Under the pieces are notes generated by a model that saw only the letters and a program-made list of their open reading frames with translations, was not told the DNA's origin and searched no databases. Both the position numbers and the translations under genes were made by a program. Of a stretch of 64,000 nt of DNA, positions 39,278 to 49,928 are shown one piece after another. Within the stretch, counting starts at the first letter, position 1, and each line of letters opens with the position of its first letter. Source of the stretch: Microthyrium microscopicum (taxonomy: Eukaryota); NCBI GenBank assembly GCA_010405405.1, contig MU004248.1:62001-126000 (forward strand). Reading direction: 5' to 3'.

Positions 39278-39658
39278 GTTTAAAGTTCGGGAGGGATATA
39301 TAGATCCGAATTTCCAAGTTCCAGGTTTACTCGAGGAAGATGGTCAAGGCCTCGAAGGCCTTATCAAAGACGGGCTGCTATTTAGAATTTAGGGAGAATC
39401 ACGTATGGTTGCTTTCTGGCTAAGATAAAGTCAACAAGCGAGCACCTTGAATTTAGCTACCCGGGATACCACTGGGGAACCACCTCAGTTTTGGAGGTGA
39501 GTTTCAATGCACGCTAAGATATCAAAACAACATACCTCAGGAGCTGGAGGTGACCACAACCACCGCTAATCGAACAGGAACACTATATATGGTTTGAGAG
39601 CAGTAGAGCAAGTACCTCATGATCATTGCTTGCTCGTTCTCTTGCTAGACGAGCTCTG

Positions 39659-41248
39659 CTATCGCTCCAGCGTATTGTTAGCAGCGTTTTCCAGGACCTC
39701 GAGAGCGCCTCCAACTAGATGGAGACTACCAATGATCAAGACCAATCGCTGACTAGATTCTGCTGTAGCTGCAGTAGCGTTGAGTGATCTCGCTCGGAGG
39801 ATGGCGCTATCAATGCTTCGGCAGACTTCTATAGCAGCAGTTGGGTCAAGATGTCCCCAAGTCCGAGCAAGCTGATCTTGGACAGTGAGATCTTCCACCG
39901 ATTTGTTATCAGTGTTGTTTGAGACAAGATCGGGCGTGTAACCATGAGTTTCGTATGTTTTGTTGGTAGTGAATATTACCTTATCAAATGGTCGTGGTCC
40001 TAGTGTCTTTGATGCCATGTCGTATAGAGCTGTTGCTAATTTGTCTGCATCGCGGGACTGTTGATTGAATATGAGAACTCTTGGGATATCTTTACCTTGC
40101 TTCTTCGTTTCTGTAATGAACCACTGTGTAGATAGTTCTATACTCTCCACTGTGTGAGCTCCATCTAGGAACCACATTGTGTTTGTGGATGTCTCTGCTC
40201 TTACTTCAGATCGGCCAGGCCAGCGAACCTTTTGTAAGCCCGCTATAAACTCTTTTGGCAGAGCAGCTGCTGGGTTACTGACAAGGTCTGGTACTTGGGA
40301 AAATCCCATTTTCTTCAACAATGCCGAAGCAGAAGCTACAGCAATACTGGCATTGGTTTTCTGATAGTCTGCCGCGAGACCTAGAGAAACTTGTCCAGAT
40401 TCGATTTGCGGGTGTCTCGGTATGATTACCAGCTTACATTCGCGTTCTTGGGCACGTTGCTGTAAAACGGCCATGGCTTCAGCAGGTTGAGGAACTGTCA
40501 AGGCGACCGCTCCAGGCTTGAAAATTCCAGCTTTGTGCCAGGCAATCTCTGGCAGAGTATGGCCTAGCAGAGACTCATGGTCGATGCCAAGCGATGTGAT
40601 GGCCGTGACTACTGGCTTCTGGATGATATTGGTGCTGTCATATTCTCCCCCTATTCCACACTCAACCACAGCCGCTTCCACATTTTCCTGAAGAAACGTT
40701 TGAAAGGCCATTAGGGTGAGAAACCGAAAGTACATGGGCCGTTTGTCTTCTTTGAATTTGTGAAGCAGCTGGAAGAATTGAGTTGCAAAATGGGGCTCCG
40801 ATATTGGCATGTTGTCGATCTGAATTCTTTCCCGAACAAAGCGCAGGTGAGGCGAGGTAAAGAGGCCAACACGAATAGGCTGCCTGGTTCTTCCAGGAGA
40901 TAAATATTGCCCAACAATGCTGGAAATGAAAGCGCTAGTTGATCCCTTGCCCTTGGTGCCCGCAACGTGAACAATATTGAGCTTGTCAAGAAGACGTGGT
41001 TGATATCCAGCCTGGGCCAGCCATTCTACCATCTCAGGAAGAGCAAGAGAGTAGTCGGGGTGGCCACTTGCGCGAAGCTGAGCTATGGTCGCAGCATTGG
41101 ATTGCAGAGAGTTTAGAATGGCAACCGCCGCCGGGTAGTCTTGGGAAATATTTTGAGTAGAGTTTTGTAACAGACGTAAGGACTGTGACAGGGTAAACAA
41201 AGGACCAGTTGAAGAGGCTTTGATACGAGGCCGACGCGTCGAGATCAT
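39659..41248 (-). CDS. MET7: Folylpolyglutamate synthase
   Basis: LNSLQSN, HVAGTKGKGST, FTSPHL, ECGIGGEYDSTN, LGIDH, WHKAGIFK, WPGR, LDGAHT, GSLHLVGG. Confidence 0.92.
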   Translation of the reverse strand: MISTRRPRIKASSTGPLFTLSQSLRLLQNSTQNISQDYPAAVAILNSLQSNAATIAQLRASGHPDYSLALPEMVEWLAQAGYQPRLLDKLNIVHVAGTKGKGSTSAFISSIVGQYLSPGRTRQPIRVGLFTSPHLRFVRERIQIDNMPISEPHFATQFFQLLHKFKEDKRPMYFRFLTLMAFQTFLQENVEAAVVECGIGGEYDSTNIIQKPVVTAITSLGIDHESLLGHTLPEIAWHKAGIFKPGAVALTVPQPAEAMAVLQQRAQERECKLVIIPRHPQIESGQVSLGLAADYQKTNASIAVASASALLKKMGFSQVPDLVSNPAAALPKEFIAGLQKVRWPGRSEVRAETSTNTMWFLDGAHTVESIELSTQWFITETKKQGKDIPRVLIFNQQSRDADKLATALYDMASKTLGPRPFDKVIFTTNKTYETHGYTPDLVSNNTDNKSVEDLTVQDQLARTWGHLDPTAAIEVCRSIDSAILRARSLNATAATAESSQRLVLIIGSLHLVGGALEVLENAANNTLER

Positions 41249-42020
41249 GGCTGTTGGTGATACTGGCGAGCGGCGTCAATAGTCATACTCAGGAGCGTAT
41301 AGGTGGTCCCTGAGAAGACTGGAGCGACAAAGCTCAATTAACAGAAGGGAAAGTAGGTTTCACAATATCTCGTTGTGGTTGGGAAGCTGGGAACCAAGCA
41401 CTGGTCAGTGGTACGGTAGTGGAAAGTATTACTTTAAAGTTTAAGCGCGATGACCAAACTAAACGCGCTTGACATTTGCTCTGTTTCACTGTTCACAGCT
41501 TAGTAGTTGATGCTTTCTTGCTGGTTTAGAACTTAGAACCGCCGGTGGAGCCTTTAAGTATCATGTAGTATCTGTATGTTGCCTCGTGAGATTGTGACTC
41601 TGTTTGTTGCTATTTGCACTGTTCATACATGTTTGCGTTCATGACCTTGGACCTCGCAGGCAGGACGAGAAATATACTTCAAATGACAAAGAGTATAACA
41701 AAGATGCCCGGCTTGTTTTAATTTACAGGTATAATCGGATGCCCGCAATTACTCTACTGTTAAGGAGGCAAGCAAAGCTTTAAGCAGGTGCGCACTGCGA
41801 TATCGGAGGAACAGGCACGTTCCTGCATCCGACAAAATAAACATTTGATATCGCTTCACATCTTGATGGATCCTTCCTTGCAACCATTCAGCCATTGTAA
41901 CTCGACCCCCCATTTCACAAAACCACAAAACACCATCTCAAATCCTGAAACCACCAGATTGATTCCTCTGAAATAACCAGATCCCTCTTCTTGCCATCTA
42001 TCGCCCGGTAGCCTGCAGTC

Positions 42021-43074
42021 ATGGCCGATGCCGCCTCAAGTCGCAACAGTGGGGGGCTCACCCTAACCATCCTAGGCTGTGGTATGAGTCTTTTCGTCAT
42101 GTCTTTATACCCTGTCTAATTTCTTAGGCACAATGGGTATCGCAATAATGTCCGGTATCATGGCCCATTTGGAGGAACGGTCAAGAGGCGTCTCTTTCAT
42201 CACGCCCGCCCTACTCGTCGACAACTCTACTCCCGCAACCCCAACCGAAGAACACGCCATCCCCACAAAGTTCATAGCCTGTGTTCGCCGAAAAGATTCA
42301 TCCAAGCGCATAAAAGAAAGCCTTTCCCAATACCGCTTGTCGCTCTCTGTCTATACCAACGATAATCTGAAAGCTGTGCAGGAAGCCGATATCATCCTCT
42401 TAGGCTGCAAACCTCAGATGTACAAGGAGATCCTCGGAGCACCTGGCATCAAAGAGGCTCTTGCTGGCAAACTACTCATATCCATACTGGCAGGTGTTAC
42501 AGTTGAGCATATCGATGACTTCCTCTATGGTGAGAGTCGACCAGCAGATTTCTGTCGAGTTGTCCGTGCTATGCCCAATACTGCCTCCTTCGTCCGCGAA
42601 TCAATGACCGTGATCGCTACTTCATCTCCTCCTCTTCCACCGCAATGGGAATCGCTCGTAACATGGATCTTCTCTCGGATCGGCCGAGTCGTACATTTAC
42701 CGCCAAGTGCAATGGATGCTAGCACAGCACTTTGCGGCTCTGGGCCTGCATTTGCCGCTCTTGTTCTCGAGGCTTTGGCTGATGGAGGCGTTGCGATGGG
42801 CCTTCCCCGCGCCGAAGCGCAGCTCATGGCAGCACAGGTTATGATGGGCACGGCTGGTCTAGTCATTGGCGGTCAGCATCCCGCAATACTGAGAGACAAG
42901 GTCAGTACACCTGGCGGATGCACGATAGGCGGGCTACTGGTTTTAGAAGAAGGCCGTGTTCGTGGATCTGTTGCTCGTGCGGTGAGAGAAGCCACTGTCG
43001 TTGCCAGTCAATTGGGGAAAGGTGTTGTGGGTGTCAACGGTACACGCTTTGCTTCTGGCAGTCTAGATGGTTGA
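42021..43074 (+). CDS. PRO3: Pyrroline-5-carboxylate reductase, one 5' intron
   Basis: LTILGCG|TMG, GCKP, ISILAGV, RAMPNTA, GSGPAF, VSTPGGCTIGGL. Confidence 0.95.
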
Positions 43075-43611
43075 AATCGTTGCATTTTCCGATGCGGCAT
43101 TGCACTCTCTGCACTCTCATAGCCAGAAATTCTACCGTACTCCTGTACTTGGGAGATCAGACCTACTAATCGGGGCTCTACATGTATAGTCTTGGTACAT
43201 GAATATCAATGAGTCCTAAAGCCGAAAGAAGAAAGCAAAGTATGATGTAAAAAGTCCTTCGTTCTTTTTTTGAATCGGCTGCTCAGGCTCGAAGTGTCAG
43301 CAAATACTTGATAACTTATCAGAGAGAGAATGGGATTACTTCTATACTGTGTATTGCAGGAGCTTGTTCTCCTGTGGTCATACTGAACCGTCTTCACTTC
43401 AGCCTTTATTTGCTTTAAGGATTCGGATTTGCTTCCTTTGACACTATCAGGTAGTAGATACAGGAGAATCATTTAAACTATAGTAAGAACGCGAACTATG
43501 TTGATAGCCTCATTACGAAATCTTGGCTTATCTCCGTGCAGCCCTGCATCTCCAATCTGATACTGAACTCATGACGCGACTCAGGAACGTATTACTCTAA
43601 CCATTACAATA

Positions 43612-44935
43612 ATGGCCGCCATTGCAGACTGTCCGCCCTTGACCCGGGAATCTGTGCAAAAAGCACATGAAATCGTGCGAAAACATGTCCATCTCACGCC
43701 AGTAGTCACGAACACAACGCTAAACAATATCGCCTCAACTCCGCAATCGGCAGATGCTCTAGAAATCACGGAGTATAAAGGTCGTACACCCGCGAAGCCG
43801 AAAATACGGTTCTTCTTCAAATGCGAGAATCTTCAGCGCATTGGTGCCTTCAAAGTTCGAGGGGCTTTTCATGCTATCTCGAGATTGCCGGAGGAGGTTC
43901 GTCGAAAGGGCATTGTAACACACAGTTCTGGTACATCAAACCTCGAACAGGACCACTTGATATCCATTCGGCAAGCTGATACAGATAGGAAATCATGCAC
44001 AAGCCACAGCTCTCGCCGCCAAAACATTCGGCATCCAAGCTCATGTCATTATGCCGAAAATTGTAGGAATCTTCCTGTGCAAAATTATCGAACAGACTCG
44101 AGCAAGATGGTACCCTACTGGGATGTTACAATGATGAGATTCTACAGTGTAGCATTTCAACAGAGTAGTGTTTGCTCTAGTGTTGTGTTGGCTAAACACT
44201 GTCCCCTTGAAATGTTGATTCTAACAGAAAAACTAGTCCACACCATCGAAAGTCGAGGCAACAAAAGCCTTGGGGGCAAATGTTCACTTTTCTGGATCTA
44301 CAGCACCAGAACGTGAGGCTGTGACAAACAAGGTGCTTGGAACACTGGAGCCGGGAGCAGTGATATTGCCACCGTACGATCATCCTGATATTATTCTCGG
44401 GCAAGGCACATTGGCCTTGGAGTTTGAGCAGCAAGTGGAAGACCTAGGAAGCAAACTGGATGCAGTAATTGGGCCGTGTGGAGGCGGCGGTATGCTCTCA
44501 GGAACAGCCACGGCACTTCATGGCACAGGTATCAGAGTGTATGGCGCTGAGCCAATGCACGAGGGAGCAAATGATGCCCAGCGAGGCCTTGCTCAAGGAA
44601 GTCGAATAACTGATGTCAGTACTTTAACCATTGCGGATGGTCTTCGAACTCCGTTGGGCGAAATAACATGGTCTGTGATAAGTGATAAGGAGAAGGTGCG
44701 AGGACTTTTCAGTGTGACTGAGGAACAGATCAAAGCCGCTATGAAACTACTCATGGAGAGAGCAAAGCTGTTCGTCGAGCCATCTGCTTGTGTTGGTTTA
44801 GCTGTGGCGCTATTCAACGAGGATTTTCGCAGTTTGGTTGAGAAAGAGGCTGGCGAAGATGGCTGGAATGTTGGTATCATCCTAACTGGAGGCAATACTA
44901 CTATCGACGCAATCATCAAATTATTCAGCACTTAG
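43612..44935 (+). CDS. PLP-dependent serine racemase / threonine dehydratase-like enzyme, 2 introns
   Basis: [64 protein letters not shown]. Confidence 0.92.
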
Positions 44936-45174
44936 GCTAATGATATTTACGTCAGCATGAAAACAGGAAGGCTCGTTCATGGCAAATACCTAGATACATA
45001 TGTAGTATAGCCGCCAACTGAGACCCAGCTTATGATCTCCCGTACTCTTTAATGATCAGCGATCTATTCATAATCCGAATGATTCTTTTGTCAAGGGGGT
45101 ATTAGGTTCATTAGTATGCAGGCGACCTGTACATCTTGCATGATATCCTGTCTATCTTACACGCATTAACCCAA

Positions 45175-46830
45175 TTATGCGATATATTTCTCTGGGTCCT
45201 TTGGCTTCGTCTCGTCGATAGTATAGCTTCCATCTTCATTGAAGACAAAGAAGTCCTTCCACCATGTGATCACGTCCGGCGTGCCACAAATCAGCATATA
45301 CAAAGGAGTCTCCTTGATGAATTTATGCATCGCTTCTCGTGTGCCAATCTCAAGGTCGTAAATCCTTTGGAACCGCTGGTTATAGTACTGCATGAAATTC
45401 GATAGCTGAGGTTGGTACTCTGGGGCAACCATCATTCGTCCGATACTCTCGAGGAAGCCTGTTCCACCTATGTGTTCGACATGCTTCATGACCGGTGCTA
45501 TCTTGGTCAGTTTGTGAATCTATAAATCAAGCGTGAGAGATTCTTACCCAGACCAAACCGTACCAACTCTCGCTCAGTCTCTAGTACTCGGTACTTGGTG
45601 AATATAGAGTTGACAGTCTCGAGTTTGCGTGCTGCAATGTGTGCATAGTAAATGCAAATTTCGAATACCCATTCACCGGGTGTATTCCAGTACACATCGT
45701 AAAAGTTGCTTTCATGCGCCTTTGCGACCCAATCAAACATGTCTTGAACGACTTCCTTTTCGATAATCCATTGTTCACTTTAGGTCGTCTCACATTAGCT
45801 AGTTCTTGTTACATGAACAGAAACGAATCTGCTCACCTTTCTAAGTTGAAATATCGCGCGCCAAATGAATCCTGCGAGCGCCCTAGTATCGCCAATGCGT
45901 CTCTTAAGATACCGTGTTGCAACTCAGTGATGCCAATACGAGACGTGAACATGACGGGTGCCTTGACGAAATTGTCGAAAACCTCGCGCATATGGAAGGG
46001 TTGCACGACCATGGCTTCAGAGTCCAGCCACAAGCAGTAATCATGGTCGAGTTTTTCGGCTGAGGCTAGCTTCTTGAGCCCTTGATATTTGAACTTGCCG
46101 CCAATTTCGAGTAGGTTGCTAGTATCGTCAGGAGTTACTTGCTTTTGCAATTGTGGAGGCAAAAGATCATAGAGGTTTACAAGATTGATCTTGGGCAAGA
46201 AGCTGCGATCGACCTGCTCGCTTTCAGTGAGTCGCGTAGGACCAAACTGAGAGGGACAGCGCTCGTGAAGTGAAACCAGTTCTTTCTCAAACAGTCCGAC
46301 TTCTTTGGAGTCGCTGAGAATGATATTTAGGTCAACATCGTCTTTGTCGAGGACTAGGCATTTGTATGATATAAGGAACTTTTTGAGTTGAGGGAAATGG
46401 CCGACCTATACCACAGAGGTCAGAACTGTACACATGTATCTGATCTTTAACTTACAAATGACGGCAGCATGACAGCATATTTCAGTCGTGGCAGGGTAAT
46501 GTTGCTGAGATCTGTTGGTTGTATGTTACTGAGGCCCAGCAGCACATCTGAGTAGCCATCTTCTTGAGCGTCCAGTTGAGGGGGGTTTGCTTCAATGTTC
46601 AAGGCTGGGAGGGTCGGAAGCGGTCCATAGGGACCCATTCGGTGGTCAAAGGCATTAGTGGTAATGGTTGCAGTGACGGTTGGGTGCGAATTCAAATACG
46701 AAGTACTGCTTGATAATGCCGGCGAATACTGGTGAGTAACGAACGCGAAGAGAAATACTGTCGCAATCACCAACGATATGGTGAACTTGTAAGGAAATCG
46801 ATCATGGCTACGAAGGCCCGGCGCTAGCAT
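45175..46830 (-). CDS. Type II membrane protein, nucleotide-sugar transferase-like; multi-exon
   Basis: N-terminal TM helix, Ser/Thr-rich stem, KYQGLKKL..DYCLWLDSE (DxD-like); consecutive ORFs joined by GT-AG introns. Confidence 0.6.
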
Positions 46831-47276
46831 GTTCTATGGAACGAGTGAGAAGAACAATGCCACAGTACGAAAATGAATGGGATGTGTAACAAAGAGCTTG
46901 CCATGAGGAATGTTGGGCGACATCAAAGCCAAAAAAGCAAGTATACGCCTCCTTGAGTCCCAACTTCCTCCCTATCTGCAGCCCCTTTTCTGATGACCAA
47001 GATCTGTAATCGGCTTAAGGCGAAGACATCAAATTGGAACATAATCTGATCGTTAAAACTTTGATCTGATTTCTTTCGCATGCACCATGAGCCAGCCATC
47101 TTTGAAATGCTGCAAAGCATACCATGTGATCCATCAATTTTCATTACGACATACTAGAAATAATATGTATCGCAAAAAGGGAAGCTTCACGAATTCTATC
47201 ATCGGGTATCACTTTTCAACTGAAACTGAGCTCGAAACATACATCGATTGAGTCCGTGGTTGATTTCGAATAAGTA

Positions 47277-47498
47277 CCGTAGCTAATCCTGCATCTGCAA
47301 CATTAGCTAGCCTGTCTGGGCTTAGCTTAGCTTCCAAATTTAGTGATTTCCCTCACTAATTTTAGGCGACCCTACCTAACACTATCTGAGCTCTGGAGTG
47401 AAGGGTCCCCTAAAATTAGTGAGGGGAATGCTTAAATTTGGAAGCTAAGCTAAGCCCAGAAAGGCTAGCTAATGTTGCAGATGCAGGATTAGCTACGG
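47277..47498. mobile_element. 222-bp foldback MITE with ~95-bp arms and TA TSD
   Basis: CCGTAGCTAATCCTGCATCTGCAACATTAGCTAGCCT.. and its near-perfect reverse complement; TA at 47275-47276 and 47499-47500. Confidence 0.92.
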
Positions 47499-48227
47499 TA
47501 GTCCGGTGTGTAACAGATTGCCGCTCCAATTTACGTACTGGATGCGAAGTAGGCTTCTTTGCCAAGTTTGTAATGAGAGATTGACGCGTATTTGGTTACT
47601 CTCTGATCAGATCATTGATTGCTCACAGCCTAAAGGTGGCTCATACAAAATGTGTATGTATTTGTTGCTCAGGCTAACATTATCAAGAGAGAACATCTCA
47701 AATAATCGGTGCGATTTGTCAGATTACTTGACATTCGGTAGTTCTTACCACATGGAGTGGGTTTCTTTAGCTTCGTTGTATGTAATGCTAGTATCTTAGG
47801 CAGTCAACTCATCCATATCCTTGGTACTCGCAATTATACCTGGCTACCATGACTTCCAGTATCGATAACGATCATATCACATCATATCCTATGGTACCGG
47901 TATTGATCAGCATGTATCGCTCAATTGAGTAAGAATCTTTATGTACCAAGGATCACATAGTCCATGACTGAATCCTTCCATGGCGCGAGTCAAATTTGTT
48001 TGCTTTACTGATTGACTGCAGGCCAATGAACCCCTCTGCTTCGTATTTACTCTGATATCCAAAGCTGAAGGATTCTTTCCCGAGTCATGCTACCGTATGT
48101 TCATATAAAAGAGCAGATTGGTTCCTTTAGCAACTTTTTGCATATACACAAATCCTTTCACCATATCCTATATTACAGGCCTCTTCATCCGCAGCGAACG
48201 CGCGGTACCCAATCAATCACATCCAAA

Positions 48228-48495
48228 ATGAAGGCTGCATTCGTCTTGTCTAGTCTTCTTCTCATATGTTCGATTTCTGCATCCGTAATTGGTGCCACCA
48301 AAGTATGTACAATATGAGTATTTGAATTGTTTGTTGCGGCTGTTTCGCTAATCAAGCAAGCACTAGTCTCTGAATGGTGATCCTAGTCGTGTCAAGCAGT
48401 GCTTTCTTTGCACGTGTGGAGCTCTGACCGGACCTTGCTATTGCGGTTTCATTGGGGGCCCTGGTTGTCCGGCAGATGGCTGTTGCGACGGTTGA
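48228..48495 (+). CDS. Small secreted cysteine-rich peptide, 67 aa; intron 48303-48366
   Basis: TATAAAA near 48104; signal MKAAFVLSSLLLICSISA; intron GTATGT..GCTAAT..TAG; exon 2 SLNGDPSRVKQCFLCTCGALTGPCYCGFIGGPGCPADGCCDG*. Confidence 0.8.
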
Positions 48496-48727
48496 GAAAT
48501 ATGTTCATGATGTCGTGGTTGACTATGAAATGGTGAATGAGCAGGCCCTAGGTAGATGTTTTGTGCTGGAAGAGTTAGCATGGAAGGCTAGCTTTAAAGA
48601 CTACTCCATTCTTCATAAGCGTCTTGTTTTGTGTTCCAGACTTTGACTTGGTCCTACATTCTCCCGCATGAGTACCGCGGTCCTCATCGAAAATCGTCAA
48701 AGCCAAGAACTGTATTTGATGAGTCTC

Positions 48728-49399
48728 TCAGTAAAACGCCGGTCGCGTAGGCCCATGTGATGGTTGTTCCTCCACCTGTTGCGCGTTTCTTCCACCTTTG
48801 GTATTCCTAGCTGGGCTCCACCAAGAAGTAAGCCACGAGGATTGGTCGGAGAGGTCATGAAACAGACTCGGGATCAGACTGCGGCTGGAGTTTGCTTTTT
48901 GATCCGACTTTTGCGCTTCTTTGTCCCTTCGTCTGTTCTGAGCCCTAGAGAGCCATCTCCTATCATCGGCCAGAGTCTCGATAACTTGCGCCCATTTTGC
49001 TTCCTCAACGGGATTTCCGGTGCCCAAAGCCTCTTTGACATCCACGGTCTCGCCTCTTTGTACGCGCTCAATAACATCCTTGAGCTTATCAAGTTGACGA
49101 TCAATGTCATGCTGTTGTGTATCCATGTCGGATTTCAGGTTTAGTATTTGGATGGCTTGGCTGCCAGCAAGCATAGCTAGGATGATAAGATGGGTGGAGG
49201 GATGAGCAAGCCATCGGCGGAAGGCATCTGACTGAGCAGGTTTGGGAGTATCGGCAGGCGAGCGACGAAGAAACTTGGGGACGACATGTATTGAGGACCA
49301 GAATGATGGTTGGGCAATGCGCGGAAGAGTAGACTCGGATACGTAGCGGCGTTGTTGTATTTGGGCCAGTCGGGTTGAAAGACGATAGAAATTGCGCAT
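48728..49399 (-). CDS. Conserved fungal, probably mitochondrial, membrane protein (DUF5321-like)
   Basis: Arg-rich presequence; PRIAQPSFW..PKFLR; TM followed by GSQAIQ; VIERVQRGETVDVKEALGTG. Confidence 0.75.
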   Translation of the reverse strand: MRNFYRLSTRLAQIQQRRYVSESTLPRIAQPSFWSSIHVVPKFLRRSPADTPKPAQSDAFRRWLAHPSTHLIILAMLAGSQAIQILNLKSDMDTQQHDIDRQLDKLKDVIERVQRGETVDVKEALGTGNPVEEAKWAQVIETLADDRRWLSRAQNRRRDKEAQKSDQKANSSRSLIPSLFHDLSDQSSWLTSWWSPARNTKGGRNAQQVEEQPSHGPTRPAFY

Positions 49400-49928
49400 G
49401 GCTGGTGAGAAAGCTGGGTACTCTGAACAGTAAAACGGCAGCTGATGTTAAAAAGGGGAAAAGGGTTGATTAAAGAGAGACGAGCAAAAATGAATTGATC
49501 AGTGTTGAGGCTGTCAAGTCAAGTTGTCTCAAGTGTCTTCACTCTTGTCAAAAATTATACTCGACCCACGCGAGGTTTGACAGGGTATATCCTGGTCGAC
49601 GTGGGCCTGTTTTCGGTACTCTAGCTCTAGCTTGAAATCCGAGGCTCTCGTGGCCCCCCTTCAAAAGGAACTTTCAGTCTTAAAATCTCAATACCAACCA
49701 AATCATTTTATATCTTGCTTGAAGATACATCTACAACTTTCATTCCCAACCAAGTCTCTTTCTACTAATCCCTAGCCATCGATCGTCAAGAAGATTTATC
49801 GCTACTAAGTCTCACACCCAGTTGCCTGAAACTAGTCGACTCTACGAAACAACGTAATCCACTTGCCAGCGTCCACATCAGGAATATTCCACAGCAACCA
49901 GGACATCATATCCACGCCATCGTAGTGA

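Noticed and set aside
39659..44935. MET7-PRO3-serine racemase as a metabolic cluster
   Set aside because: No shared pathway; only weak TGACTC-like motifs; adjacency is probably incidental
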